IMG/VR virus record: IMGVR_UViG_3300044624_001054
Coordinates: 42,616-106,615 of that record
Length of the DNA: 64,000 nucleotides
Source of the DNA: a virus
Reading direction: 5' to 3' (one strand)
The position numbers and the translations under genes are program-made. Shown here piece by piece: positions 1-9,336 of the stretch. The notes beneath the pieces were generated by a model, which ran no database searches, was not told the origin of the DNA, and saw nothing but the letters and a program-made list of their open reading frames with translations. The first letter of the stretch is position 1. Each line of letters starts with the position of its first letter.

Positions 1-624
1 ATCTACAGCCTTTACGATATCTATGATATGAATGAAATCACGAACTTGTGTTCCATCTCCCCAGATATCAAATGGATCTGCTCTGTCCACACCTCGCTTG
101 ATATAGGATGGAAAGGGGTAGGAAAGATCTTGATCTGTGCCGTATCCAGAGAAAGGTCTAAATACATGAACCTTAATCCCTTCTGCTTGAGCAAACTGAG
201 CAAGATATTCTCCCGTTAATTTTGCCCAACCATAAGTAAGGTCTGGGTTAGATACGTTTGTTAGATCTATATCTGATTCTTTTAGTTTAATATTAGACCC
301 AGAAGTCTGCAATTTAATTGGATAGGCAGCGGAACTAGAGAAGTATACAACTCTTCCTGGGCGAGTAAGAAGCACCCATTGGAAGAAATCACTATCTATT
401 GCTAGATCTGTTGCAACACTAAGAGGATTGCCTTCAATAGTTTTCCTGCCGCCTACTATCGCGGCTAAATGAATTACAAGATCATAATACTCTCTGTTTA
501 CTTTAAAGAAATCTCTACAGTCATTACCACTTTTGATATCAATAATTGTTAGATCATGATCTTTATAGTGCATCTGGAAATATTTTCCAACAAACCCCTC
601 ACCACCAGTAATTAGTATCTTCAC
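1..624 (-). CDS. NAD-dependent epimerase/dehydratase (extended SDR), 3' end runs off window
   Basis: Not in the ORF track; translated by hand from GTG at 624, which overlaps the upstream TGA. Reads MKILITGGEGFVG (GxxGxxG), HLAAIVGG, YFSSSAAY, YGWAK (YxxxK), RPFSGYG, IWGDGTQVRDFIHI. Confidence 0.9.
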   Translation of the reverse strand, partial: MKILITGGEGFVGKYFQMHYKDHDLTIIDIKSGNDCRDFFKVNREYYDLVIHLAAIVGGRKTIEGNPLSVATDLAIDSDFFQWVLLTRPGRVVYFSSSAAYPIKLQTSGSNIKLKESDIDLTNVSNPDLTYGWAKLTGEYLAQFAQAEGIKVHVFRPFSGYGTDQDLSYPFPSYIKRGVDRADPFDIWGDGTQVRDFIHIIDIVKAVD

Positions 625-1280
625 ATATCTACCTTAAACTTATTTAATTCATCTGCAATGTTGTACATAAGATACTGCTCCCAAGCAATTTTGTCATTAT
701 CATTCATGGCAGCGCTGTTAACTTCTTTATAAAGTTCATCTGCATTAGATTTACCTACAGAATAATGCATATGTTCTATGGTTACGTCTGAGTAATACTG
801 TAGTGTATTAAGTCTACGACCTAACTCCATCCAGAAATTATCTAAATAAAGATGTTTCATCTTTGGCGGAGCCATGTAGCCTAGAGTTCTAATAATATTA
901 GAGTCCAGCATAGCGGCTGTAGCAAGACGCTCTCCCTGAATTAAATCATTTCCATAAGAAACAGTATTCTTCTTAGCATGACGCATGAAGATTTTGTCCC
1001 AGCCTGAAGTTCTAATTCTATGATCATCGCCCATGAATGTAATGTAGTCGTACTGATCGGAGTACTTATTGGCAACCAAATTTAGCGTTCCATTCATTCC
1101 TTTTCTATCATTTACTTCCCAGATTACATCGTCATACCGCTCTGAATAATTTTGTGCATCATCAGAATCGATGGCAAAACATAGGGTGGTTTGATCTGAA
1201 GTATTCTGGACAAAGGAATCATAGAATTCCGCTGCATTATGTGGTCGCGATCTTGTTGGAACTATTAACAGGTTTTTCAT
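621..1280 (-). CDS. GT-A fold (GT2-like) glycosyltransferase
   Basis: LLIVPTRSR start, FMGDDH acidic motif, HLYLDN, IEHMH; lies in a sugar gene cluster. Confidence 0.75.
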   Translation of the reverse strand: MKNLLIVPTRSRPHNAAEFYDSFVQNTSDQTTLCFAIDSDDAQNYSERYDDVIWEVNDRKGMNGTLNLVANKYSDQYDYITFMGDDHRIRTSGWDKIFMRHAKKNTVSYGNDLIQGERLATAAMLDSNIIRTLGYMAPPKMKHLYLDNFWMELGRRLNTLQYYSDVTIEHMHYSVGKSNADELYKEVNSAAMNDNDKIAWEQYLMYNIADELNKFKVDM

Positions 1281-2065
1281 TAATATCCTAACTTCTTCTT
1301 TTCATTTTCAGTAGACGACCAAGTATGAGTATTCTTATAGAAATCATACTCTTCTTCCGTCATCGGTTGCTTTTCCCACCAACCCATGTGGCGACAGGTA
1401 AATCTCCCAGCAATTCTAATTGCACTTGTATTACATGTCATTCTACCAGGGACATGATCTATTTCTTCAAGGAATTTATCTCTATTATAGAGAGAAAATG
1501 TCGTATCAATCGGGGCGGCGTACAAATCGTCTACCTCTGGTAACTGATCAACCTTTCTAGACCAGTAACTTCTTTCCCATAGATCCACTTGATTGGGATT
1601 AAAAAATCTTTCTCTTTCTTCTGGTGTGTCAATGTCTATTGCGAGGCCAACCTTTGACACGCCGTACATATCAACGATCCTTCTCATTTTATCAATTGCA
1701 TTATGAGGCATTTGCTCGTTGAATAATAAATCTGGATCTGTCACGATGAAATACTTGGGCATCCGTGAACAGATATCTTTATTTTCTGTGTAGTATCTTG
1801 GGCCATGGTTTTCTGACCAACGAACTACATGATATTTTTGTGATAGTTTTTCTAATAAATCTATCATTGGCGGGTAAGATGAATTATTATCGCATATGAT
1901 AATATTCGTCCACCCACGACTCTCTAGTTGATCAATCATAGACTTAAGATACGTTGGTGCATTGAACGTTGGGATAATAATAGGTACATCATCTGGAATA
2001 AGTGTTGATGAATCATTATCTTTCTGGTATTCCAGCGCAACCCTAATATCTTCATACATCGGCAT
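1280..2065 (-). CDS. GT2-family glycosyltransferase
   Basis: IIIPTFN, IIICDNNS, FIVTDPD (DxD), APIDTTF. Confidence 0.85.
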   Translation of the reverse strand: MPMYEDIRVALEYQKDNDSSTLIPDDVPIIIPTFNAPTYLKSMIDQLESRGWTNIIICDNNSSYPPMIDLLEKLSQKYHVVRWSENHGPRYYTENKDICSRMPKYFIVTDPDLLFNEQMPHNAIDKMRRIVDMYGVSKVGLAIDIDTPEERERFFNPNQVDLWERSYWSRKVDQLPEVDDLYAAPIDTTFSLYNRDKFLEEIDHVPGRMTCNTSAIRIAGRFTCRHMGWWEKQPMTEEEYDFYKNTHTWSSTENEKKKLGY

Positions 2066-2676
2066 TATCTATTTTCTCCTAAAACCTCTGGTATGTGGAC
2101 GTATCCGTACTTTGAAATTATTTCTTCAAATAGAAAGCCGTCAGCAGAATGATCATACCTGTGCCAGCCGCCAATAGACTCCCACGCTTTTTTACTAACA
2201 ACACATTGTAAAAGATCAATCTTACCCATAACGGGAGGTATACCAGAAAAGTAATTTATGCCAAACTTCTCATGCTTACACGCAAAAACTACAACGTCTG
2301 CCTTTGTTTTATCTATTTTGTCGGATATCTTCTGCAACGCTTCTGGATATAATATATTATCTATATTAAAGTGTAGGATATATTCTCCAGCAGCCTGCTT
2401 GATTCCAAGATCTCTGGAGTGATGGCCCCATCCATATCCAGCATAAAACTGGTCTAAGCCATAGATTCCATAATGCTTTTCTGTGTTTATAAATCCAGTA
2501 TTTTCTGGTACATCATCTAACTCATTATCATACGAGCCTTCTCTAGGTCCGTCATGAATAATTAATAGTTCAAAGTCTTTAAAAGTCTGATTGTTTAATG
2601 ACTCTATGCCTTCACGCATTCTATCTCTTGGCACATGATTCTCAGCGTCAGTCGCAACTATTGTAAATCTTGTCAT
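2065..2676 (-). CDS. GT2-family glycosyltransferase
   Basis: SLNNQTFKDFELLIIHDG, RDLGIKQAAGEYILHFNIDN, SIGGW, ADG. Start moved to ATG 2676 after AAGGA. Confidence 0.85.
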   Translation of the reverse strand: MTRFTIVATDAENHVPRDRMREGIESLNNQTFKDFELLIIHDGPREGSYDNELDDVPENTGFINTEKHYGIYGLDQFYAGYGWGHHSRDLGIKQAAGEYILHFNIDNILYPEALQKISDKIDKTKADVVVFACKHEKFGINYFSGIPPVMGKIDLLQCVVSKKAWESIGGWHRYDHSADGFLFEEIISKYGYVHIPEVLGENR

Positions 2677-2677
2677 C

Positions 2678-3322
2678 TTATTCCTTAAAGTACCAGTCGT
2701 CCCATGCAGATAGTTCTTCAAGTATTCTAGTATACCCTTTAGATACCATCAGATCATATATTTTTTCTCTGCTGTCTGTGTAATTATGCTCTATTGTGAA
2801 TAGTTTAATGTCTTTATTGAATGAGAATGCTGAGAGGATATCAAATTCTGACCCCTCTGTATCTATAGATACATATTCTATAGTGCTAGGAGCATTGTGA
2901 AATTCTAATAAATCATCAAGGGACACCGTTTCTACCTCAAACTGTGTGCCCCGTTTTCTATTACTAGCCCACCTATCTGATTCCGTATAATCGGTAATGG
3001 TTGATAGTTCAGACATTTCATCAACAGATGTAAATGAAATAAGTTCTCCAGTTTTGGTATACACACAGCGATGATCTACTATGCATTCTCTACTCTTTAG
3101 TGACTCATGAAAGATAGGATTTGGTTCTACTAAAATGCCCTTCCATCCATGATCTTTTTCTAAAAGATATGTATTAGAAATGTTTTCTGCGTCGGCGGCA
3201 CCAAACTCAACAAAGAATCCGTTGTCTCCAAAAATACTGGCGACAAGAACATCCTGACCTAGTTGAGACTTGCGTTCTTTAGATTTTAGTTGATCTGAGA
3301 TAAACTCTAGATTGATATTCAA
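2678..3322 (-). CDS. FkbM-family SAM-dependent methyltransferase
   Basis: SQLGQD, FFVEFGA, SNT, WKGILVEPNP, SIDTEGSE, IEHN. Confidence 0.9.
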   Translation of the reverse strand: MNINLEFISDQLKSKERKSQLGQDVLVASIFGDNGFFVEFGAADAENISNTYLLEKDHGWKGILVEPNPIFHESLKSRECIVDHRCVYTKTGELISFTSVDEMSELSTITDYTESDRWASNRKRGTQFEVETVSLDDLLEFHNAPSTIEYVSIDTEGSEFDILSAFSFNKDIKLFTIEHNYTDSREKIYDLMVSKGYTRILEELSAWDDWYFKE

Positions 3323-3531
3323 CTTCCTACCTTATCATTAATTATGCAATCCATGCAGTAGAATCCTGCATAATCATTATATGCTATATCTGTAAGAAGA
3401 TGAGATAATTCATTAAATTGGGCTACTTCATTGACACAATTTATATTAGAGCAGTAGTATTCTTGAGGTTGCTTTATATCTTCAATACGCTTTTTCTTAA
3501 AAGATAAAGGAAAAGACTTAATCAGATTCAT
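3319..3531 (-). CDS. small Cys-containing hypothetical protein
   Basis: ORF packed between neighbours; CxxxxC and CxxC. Confidence 0.55.
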   Translation of the reverse strand: MNLIKSFPLSFKKKRIEDIKQPQEYYCSNINCVNEVAQFNELSHLLTDIAYNDYAGFYCMDCIINDKVGS

Positions 3532-3688
3532 AGTCTATCCCCATCTCTCTAACATCGGTGAGATCATCATTCTCAATGATCTCCTCATAGTTTATCCCGT
3601 CCTTATAGTACTTAACAAGACAGAAATTTGCATAGTATTTAATGACCTTGCCCCAACATTTTTCAGACTCTATCCATACCAGACTCAT
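3518..3688 (-). CDS. small hypothetical protein (beta-barrel-like)
   Basis: Likely start ATG 3688 (MSLVWIE), overlapping the upstream stop. Confidence 0.55.
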   Translation of the reverse strand: MSLVWIESEKCWGKVIKYYANFCLVKYYKDGINYEEIIENDDLTDVREMGIDYESD

Positions 3689-3936
3689 CTTACCGTCCTT
3701 GGCGGATCTCCTGGCACTCCTTGAAAATCGCAAGCATATCCAAATTTCTCTACCAATCCCTTTAGTTTATAAAGATATTCCATAACAGTCATTTGTTTTT
3801 CTTTAGATAAAGACATTACCTCATTTTCATAAACCCTGAGCGCAATAAATTTTGGCATCTCAACAAGGTCCACGACTATATTATACGGAGGCTTATGCTC
3901 TTTCAATATCTTATAAACTAATGGATCATAGATCAA
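3685..3936 (-). CDS. hypothetical protein
   Basis: 83-aa ORF overlapping both neighbours. Confidence 0.65.
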   Translation of the reverse strand: MIYDPLVYKILKEHKPPYNIVVDLVEMPKFIALRVYENEVMSLSKEKQMTVMEYLYKLKGLVEKFGYACDFQGVPGDPPRTVR

Positions 3937-4234
3937 TGTCTTCTCCTTCAGAGACTAGTTCTAGAACTCTAGCCCAGATTTCCTGGGTTTTATGAGAATT
4001 TCTTACATTGTCTAGTTTACCATCATTTAGAAAAACGCCACCCCATACACCAAAAGATTCTGTTTTCACGCCATAATCAAAACATTCTTTAATTACTGGG
4101 CACGACAGGCATTGTCTATCTATATCTCTTGCGATATCCTGATCTAATTCATATTTGTCAAAATAGAGTTCTGTGTCAGTTCCAGCGCATAGCGCTTCAC
4201 TTAGCCACATATTTAGAGGGAACTTTCCATCCAT
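3926..4234 (-). CDS. whiB: WhiB-family Fe-S transcription factor
   Basis: W..ALC, CLSCPVIKEC and the GVWGG turn; alternative start at 4210. Confidence 0.9.
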   Translation of the reverse strand: MDGKFPLNMWLSEALCAGTDTELYFDKYELDQDIARDIDRQCLSCPVIKECFDYGVKTESFGVWGGVFLNDGKLDNVRNSHKTQEIWARVLELVSEGEDIDL

Positions 4235-4415
4235 TACTGCCTGGGTAATACTTGTTTGTTACCCCCCACTTTCCATACCGAAACATACCGTTCTTCTTGT
4301 AGAATCCATCCTTAAGAGGCTTCCAATCTACAATAGTCCAACCATCCCAAAATAGATTAGTATTAGAATCTACAATAGCATGGGCAGCGTTGTAATCGAT
4401 AAATACCTGGCTCAT
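4197..4415 (-). CDS. hypothetical phage protein
   Basis: 72 aa, aromatic-rich (LFWDGWTIV, WKVPSKY), coupled to neighbours. Confidence 0.7.
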   Translation of the reverse strand: MSQVFIDYNAAHAIVDSNTNLFWDGWTIVDWKPLKDGFYKKNGMFRYGKWGVTNKYYPGSNGWKVPSKYVAK

Positions 4416-4705
4416 TATTCCTCACTTGTTGTATAGACGATTTTCTTTATTCCATTTTTTCTTATTGCTTCATAACATCTCTTGCAGGGTCGGCTATCTC
4501 TAGCCTCTCCTCGCCTATTTACTCTAGCAACATAAATAGTTGCCCCGCTTACATCCTTAGCCTTCTTTATTGCATCCACTTCTGCATGTACTGAGCAATG
4601 ATCTTTGATATGCTCACTAGATACAATTCGTGGATGACTTCTATCCTTATTCATTCCTGTGGAAATAACTCTTCCACCCTTTACAATTACAGATCCGTGC
4701 TTCAT
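4415..4705 (-). CDS. cytidine/dCMP deaminase-family zinc protein (true start uncertain)
   Basis: HGSVIV, HAE, SRPCKRC (PCxxC); frame stays open upstream to 4795. Confidence 0.85.
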   Translation of the reverse strand: MKHGSVIVKGGRVISTGMNKDRSHPRIVSSEHIKDHCSVHAEVDAIKKAKDVSGATIYVARVNRRGEARDSRPCKRCYEAIRKNGIKKIVYTTSEE

Positions 4706-4807
4706 GCGACAGTCTGACTGGGATGCCAGGTAGGACGCAACTGAAAGATATGCTTGGTCGCGCTTAGATACGGCGACCTGCTCCTTTGATAATTCTCATG
4801 GTATCTC

Positions 4808-5176
4808 CTATACCTTGTATATGCTTACGGGAATATTTTTATTCTCTGCTTCAGAGATGACAACATCAAAAATCTCTGACCTATCATTCTTCGTTGATAG
4901 ATATACTACACTATTAAGGTCGTAGTTGTCAAAGTTTTCTGCAACATCATTTTTAAGTACACGATAGAATCGTGACTTAATTCCCTTCTGCCGGAAAAAT
5001 CCTTCAGTTTTGTTTACAAATTCGGCAGCGAACTGATTAATTTTGTACGGTCCTGCAGTATAAATATCAATTCTATTGTCATCACTAGAGACATTGTTGT
5101 CAATAGCCACGACAACTGCACGGGTAAAAGTATCGTAGTCTGAGAACTTATTGTTCCCATAAACAAGAATTTTCAT
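4808..5176 (-). CDS. hypothetical protein, possibly SLOG/YspA-like
   Basis: N-terminal KILVYGNNKFSDY resembles the SLOG 'vivtGsR.f.dy' start. Confidence 0.5.
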   Translation of the reverse strand: MKILVYGNNKFSDYDTFTRAVVVAIDNNVSSDDNRIDIYTAGPYKINQFAAEFVNKTEGFFRQKGIKSRFYRVLKNDVAENFDNYDLNSVVYLSTKNDRSEIFDVVISEAENKNIPVSIYKV

Positions 5177-5185
5177 TATTATTCC

Positions 5186-5683
5186 TTAGTATAGGTCTCT
5201 AAATTCGCCTTGTATAAGCCAAGTGTTTGTAAAAATTTTATTTAAAATTATTGCGTCCCACCTAGATGTTAAGTATACATCAGAGGGTGTCTCAATTTCA
5301 ATATTTTCAGAGCCTGCCACGATATTAACATCTCCTTCTCCTCCACGAACAATGGTAATCCTAGACCCATTGTGTATATTTGGATCAGAAGAGTTATCTG
5401 GGATGATGACGTTGCAATATGATGCGGAAAAAATATAAAGTATGTTTTCTGAATACCCTTGGTTTAATGTAAAGTTTAACGATGCTGTTGAAGGACTTCC
5501 TATTACAAATGTTTCTGGGGCTATAAGTATTTTTAAGTTATCATAGTTTACTACATCTGTCCAAGATCCATCAACCACCATTCTATAGGTTAGATTTATA
5601 TCATTATAATATAATGCACCATCTTCTGCCTCTACTGGATCTTCAGATAGGGTTACTGGTTTTATTAATGAATAAAAGTCCAT
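5186..5683 (-). CDS. putative virion/tail-associated protein
   Basis: DGALYYND..YR and a C-terminal G.RITIVRGG.G.V...WLIQG beta module seen in phage fibre proteins. Confidence 0.5.
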   Translation of the reverse strand: MDFYSLIKPVTLSEDPVEAEDGALYYNDINLTYRMVVDGSWTDVVNYDNLKILIAPETFVIGSPSTASLNFTLNQGYSENILYIFSASYCNVIIPDNSSDPNIHNGSRITIVRGGEGDVNIVAGSENIEIETPSDVYLTSRWDAIILNKIFTNTWLIQGEFRDLY

Positions 5684-6189
5684 TACAATTTACCTTCATT
5701 AACATTAACAAATCTACCGCCCCAGATACTCTTATTTACATTAACGTATCCAGGGGGAATTGCTGCTAAACGACATTTGCCCATCTCTTGTATTTCATAA
5801 GAAAGAATCTTACACCCCAAGCCACCGTCTTCTTTCTCAAAATGTAAAGAACAGTTGCCACACATTACACCAATAGATGCTTCTTCATTTTGAGCAGCAG
5901 TTTCATAGCCGATCCAAATGCCTGTTTCTTCTGCATTTAGGGGGCCGTAGTTATATGCTATAGATACTAGGGAGTCGTGGAATTGTTTCTCTGCGTCGGA
6001 CAATTGTTCGTACAAATTATGCTCTGCCTTAGAAATATCTTTCTTAGATCTTGCTTCAGCGGCATAGAGGGCACGCTGTTGCTCTATAGCCTCACGACGG
6101 GTTCCATGAGTTCCACGAACGGTTCCATCTGGACTTATTACGGAATACCCAGATTTTCCACGATAGTTTTGTCTAATATCATACGGCAT
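5683..6189 (-). CDS. putative head-associated protein with Cys cluster (HiPIP-like pattern)
   Basis: MPY..GTHGTRREAIEQQRALYAAE, then CGNC..C..C; C-terminal KSIWGGRF as in the scaffold. Confidence 0.6.
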   Translation of the reverse strand: MPYDIRQNYRGKSGYSVISPDGTVRGTHGTRREAIEQQRALYAAEARSKKDISKAEHNLYEQLSDAEKQFHDSLVSIAYNYGPLNAEETGIWIGYETAAQNEEASIGVMCGNCSLHFEKEDGGLGCKILSYEIQEMGKCRLAAIPPGYVNVNKSIWGGRFVNVNEGKL

Positions 6190-6220
6190 AGTTCAGCCTC
6201 CCAAGCATTTTATAAATCTA

Positions 6221-7378
6221 TTATACCTTAAGCAAAGGAATTTTTTCTTTCTTGGATTCCTTAGCCTTTATGTCAATGAGTTCGATAGCCTCTGACCATT
6301 TATATTTAACTGTAAATATATTATATTTCTCTGCTACAGTTTTATAATTTTTCTCCCGCTCAAATTCCCTGACTTCTGGGTCTAGCAATTGTTTAAGATT
6401 CTTTAGCCACTCTTTATTATTTTTAGCGACTCTTCCTGCCCCAGCATCTGCCAGGTCACGATATTCCTGTGTGTTGGAGGCTACAAATGGCACCCCCGAA
6501 AGGGCATACTCAAGCCCCTTGAGATTACTCTTAGCCTCATTAAATGGGCTAGGTTGTAGAGGAACAATTCCAATATCCATAGGCATAAATAGATTGCCAT
6601 AGTACTCTGGCCTAGCACCAGTATAGCCAGTAATTTTATCTGGATCTATATTTAATGCTTCTGCCGCCCACTTTGGTCTATCTAACATGATTCCAGAATG
6701 ATGAAATCTTAAATCATTCTGCTCAATAACAGTTTTTAGTGGAGCAGAGACTTCAACAAGGTCATTTACTCGCCACATCATTATGCCTACCCAGCCAACA
6801 GTAGGTTTATTTCCAGATAAATCAATGCGGTACATAAACGATCTTGGGTCTAATGAATTAGGAACAATATAAACATTATCGTTATACTGAAGCATTCTTT
6901 TTTCTAAGAATTTGGTGCTTGCAATAATTCCATCAGCGGCGGAGTAGGTAGCAATTAGATGCGCCCTATTATTATCTGGAAACTTCTCTGGATCTGTAGT
7001 GATAAAGGCTAGGTTATCTTCTGGAAGTTGCTCAAAATGATCATCAGTATCGACAATTACTGTTTGCCCTAATTTTCTGGCTTCTCTAATATACTTTGGC
7101 GCATCCTTGTGCATAAAAAGTTTGAGAATAACTACGTCTAACTTATCAAAGCACCAGTCATAATTTTTAATTACACCAATTCTTCCAGCCTTTAATCTTT
7201 CATAGGGCTTAACTGCAACAAAACCTTCCCCATCCTTCCACCCAATTTCACCAACCATAGTTTCATGACCGATTTGATTAAGATTATGTGCGGGAAGCAT
7301 CATGCGTATGTTAGTACAGCCACCAGGCTGACCTTCTATATGGTCCCCCCAGTCGGTGGACAAAAAACCTATTCTCAT
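6221..7378 (-). CDS. GT4-family (GT-B) glycosyltransferase
   Basis: DTDD, VPNS, VGWVG, DIGIVPL..FNEAKSNLKGLEYALSGVPFVAS. Confidence 0.9.
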   Translation of the reverse strand: MRIGFLSTDWGDHIEGQPGGCTNIRMMLPAHNLNQIGHETMVGEIGWKDGEGFVAVKPYERLKAGRIGVIKNYDWCFDKLDVVILKLFMHKDAPKYIREARKLGQTVIVDTDDHFEQLPEDNLAFITTDPEKFPDNNRAHLIATYSAADGIIASTKFLEKRMLQYNDNVYIVPNSLDPRSFMYRIDLSGNKPTVGWVGIMMWRVNDLVEVSAPLKTVIEQNDLRFHHSGIMLDRPKWAAEALNIDPDKITGYTGARPEYYGNLFMPMDIGIVPLQPSPFNEAKSNLKGLEYALSGVPFVASNTQEYRDLADAGAGRVAKNNKEWLKNLKQLLDPEVREFEREKNYKTVAEKYNIFTVKYKWSEAIELIDIKAKESKKEKIPLLKV

Positions 7379-7386
7379 TGATTTCC

Positions 7387-7728
7387 TTAAGATCTGTCTT
7401 GAACGACTATAAAAGAAAGAGAGATGGATGATCCATTAGTAATGCTTGAGGTCACATCTCTAAAATATATTGTAGCAGTTTGGCAGTTGGCTGCAACAGA
7501 ATAACTATAAGAAAGTTTTGCTCTGGATGATTCGGCAGAATCCAACTGGCCTATAGTAATATAAGTTTTTGCAGCAGCGCCACTATGCATAGTAGAAGGT
7601 AGGTTGATGGTAGCACTACCTAAATAACTTGTTATATTAGTAGAAGTAACAGAACCAAAATGTAACTCTCTTGGTGATAACGAGGCCACATTATTTGATA
7701 AATTAATTGTTACGCTTGCACTATACAT
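7387..7728 (-). CDS. Ser/Thr-rich hypothetical protein (possible virion protein)
   Basis: 113 aa, beta-strand-like, S/T rich. Confidence 0.55.
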   Translation of the reverse strand: MYSASVTINLSNNVASLSPRELHFGSVTSTNITSYLGSATINLPSTMHSGAAAKTYITIGQLDSAESSRAKLSYSYSVAANCQTATIYFRDVTSSITNGSSISLSFIVVQDRS

Positions 7729-7734
7729 ATTTTT

Positions 7735-8127
7735 TTAATCAGAGAGTTTCGACTCTACCGATATATCTCCTTTTGCAAAAGTGAATCGATCATTCCTACC
7801 ATTATGAACTAATGAAAATTCATACACGGCGCTCGCGGTAGAAAGTAATTCTGTGCTTAGTAAATTACTAATGGTTACTTCTGTAATTCCATTGGCTGTT
7901 TGTGCTGGGCTAACTACTGTTTCGTTAGTTGTCGGTGAAATAGATATTCCTGTAGGAGTAACATCTACAAGAGATGAGTTCTGTTTATTATAAATTTTAA
8001 ATTGCCAACTTCCAGTAGTAGAATACACAGCATTATCTGGATTTAGTATTTTGAATGATATCTTAGATGTGTCCCCAGCATACAGCAATAAATCAATTAC
8101 TTCTGGTCCAAACTCTATGTTTCCCAT
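7735..8127 (-). CDS. putative virion protein (BppU N-terminal-like)
   Basis: IDLLLYAGDT...YEF...GDISV pattern; TATAAT lies 6 nt before the ATG. Confidence 0.5.
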   Translation of the reverse strand: MGNIEFGPEVIDLLLYAGDTSKISFKILNPDNAVYSTTGSWQFKIYNKQNSSLVDVTPTGISISPTTNETVVSPAQTANGITEVTISNLLSTELLSTASAVYEFSLVHNGRNDRFTFAKGDISVESKLSD

Positions 8128-8161
8128 ATAAAAATTATATCATCATTAATCTATTTAATAT

Positions 8162-8212
8162 GGTATGGCGGGGGAGTTGCCGCACATTTTATTGTGTTTC
8201 CCCCGCCATACC
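8162..8212 (-). terminator. GC-rich hairpin, probable terminator
   Basis: 14-bp inverted repeat GGTATGGCGGGGGA...TCCCCCGCCATACC just downstream of the 8222 stop; weak U-tract. Confidence 0.65.
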
Positions 8213-8221
8213 GTGATAAAA

Positions 8222-8845
8222 CTATATTTTTTCAGGTGTGCATTTCTTAGGGAATAGTGACCATCCAGTATTGAACGGTGCAATCACCCATGAATATGTC
8301 AATGAAGATCCCCAGAGGGAATAATACATTCCTGCATCAACATACCATGAGTCCTTCTTATGAGAATATCCATACCCCCAGTTATGCATTAAGCCATGAT
8401 CAAAGAAGTGTTTCTTTACAATTACGGCTTGTTGATATCTATCTAACATTGCAGACCTGGACCACCAAGATTTTCCAGACCAAGCGCTGGTCTGTATCTG
8501 GGCCCACCCTAGGGCACCTGAATACCAAGGTGAACTTTCATCTAGGCTCTGATGCTTAGACTCACGGTAGGTAATAGCCCACATTCCTCTAAGCATTCCA
8601 GGCTTTGTAAATCCTGCCTTAAAAAGAATTTTTGATGGCTTGTCATTACACTTTTCTGGTAACGTCCAAACCTTTTCTTTTTGCGCTGTTCTTTCTAGTG
8701 TATCAGCGGTGGCAGGATTACCTGCACTTTCCGCCAAGGGCGCAGACTTAGCATACGCCATGCTTGGTGCAGCAATAAAAGTAATTGCCAAAACTGCGGC
8801 GGCAATCCAATCTACTGCCAAACCAATTTGGTTTTTTGTCGTCAT
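8222..8845 (-). CDS. secreted lysozyme-fold / lytic transglycosylase-like protein
   Basis: Signal peptide ending AYA, then AITYRES (catalytic Glu) and GWAQI. Start ATG 8845 after AAGGAGG. Confidence 0.7.
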   Translation of the reverse strand: MTTKNQIGLAVDWIAAAVLAITFIAAPSMAYAKSAPLAESAGNPATADTLERTAQKEKVWTLPEKCNDKPSKILFKAGFTKPGMLRGMWAITYRESKHQSLDESSPWYSGALGWAQIQTSAWSGKSWWSRSAMLDRYQQAVIVKKHFFDHGLMHNWGYGYSHKKDSWYVDAGMYYSLWGSSLTYSWVIAPFNTGWSLFPKKCTPEKI

Positions 8846-8875
8846 GTTGACCTCCTTGGGCGGCAACAGTATTCT

Positions 8876-8904
8876 ACTCTACAGTAGAAATTTATATAAG
8901 TCAA
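8876..8904 (-). promoter_or_regulatory. sigma70/HrdB-type promoter TTGACT-N17-TAGAGT
   Basis: Near-consensus -35/-10 upstream of the 8845 gene. Confidence 0.65.
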
Positions 8905-9228
8905 TTAATTATAGTAATCTGCATGACCACTATCAATCATTAATTTGTTTATACTAGATATTTGATCGGCAATAAATATTTCTCCCAGAACCCGACCATA
9001 TTTATCGTCTTTATCTAATTGTGTTTTTATGGTTACAGTAGATCCTGCTGGCAGAGTTTTTGTTAAAAATTCTGCCGATCTTTTACCTGGCTCAGTATAT
9101 TTTTCTGGAGCATCAATAAGGGAAAGTCTCACCCTTTTAGTAATTTTTATATGAAATCCCAGGTCGATTATTAAATCGACTGTATCGCCATCCACAACCC
9201 TGGAAACTTCTGCACTATATGTATACAT
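8905..9228 (-). CDS. staphylococcal nuclease (SNase/thermonuclease) family
   Basis: RVVDGDT, RVRLSLIDAPE, DKYGRVLG, LMIDSGHA. Confidence 0.9.
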   Translation of the reverse strand: MYTYSAEVSRVVDGDTVDLIIDLGFHIKITKRVRLSLIDAPEKYTEPGKRSAEFLTKTLPAGSTVTIKTQLDKDDKYGRVLGEIFIADQISSINKLMIDSGHADYYN

Positions 9229-9336
9229 TTTTATCCCATTTAACAATTTCAATCATATTATTGTAGATATTAATATGAGGTTTCATCGTATATTTATTAT
9301 CTGATTTAATCAAACAATAAAATGTAAAGTATGACA

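Noticed and set aside
21-219. Two short ORFs in the track at the left edge
   Set aside because: They overlap the truncated epimerase in other frames.
8162-8212. Third palindrome-embedded promoter (TAAAAT in loop)
   Set aside because: No -35-like hexamer at the right spacing; treated as a terminator.
9215-9286. 23-aa ORF upstream of the nuclease gene
   Set aside because: Very short, AT-rich and without an SD; cannot be supported.
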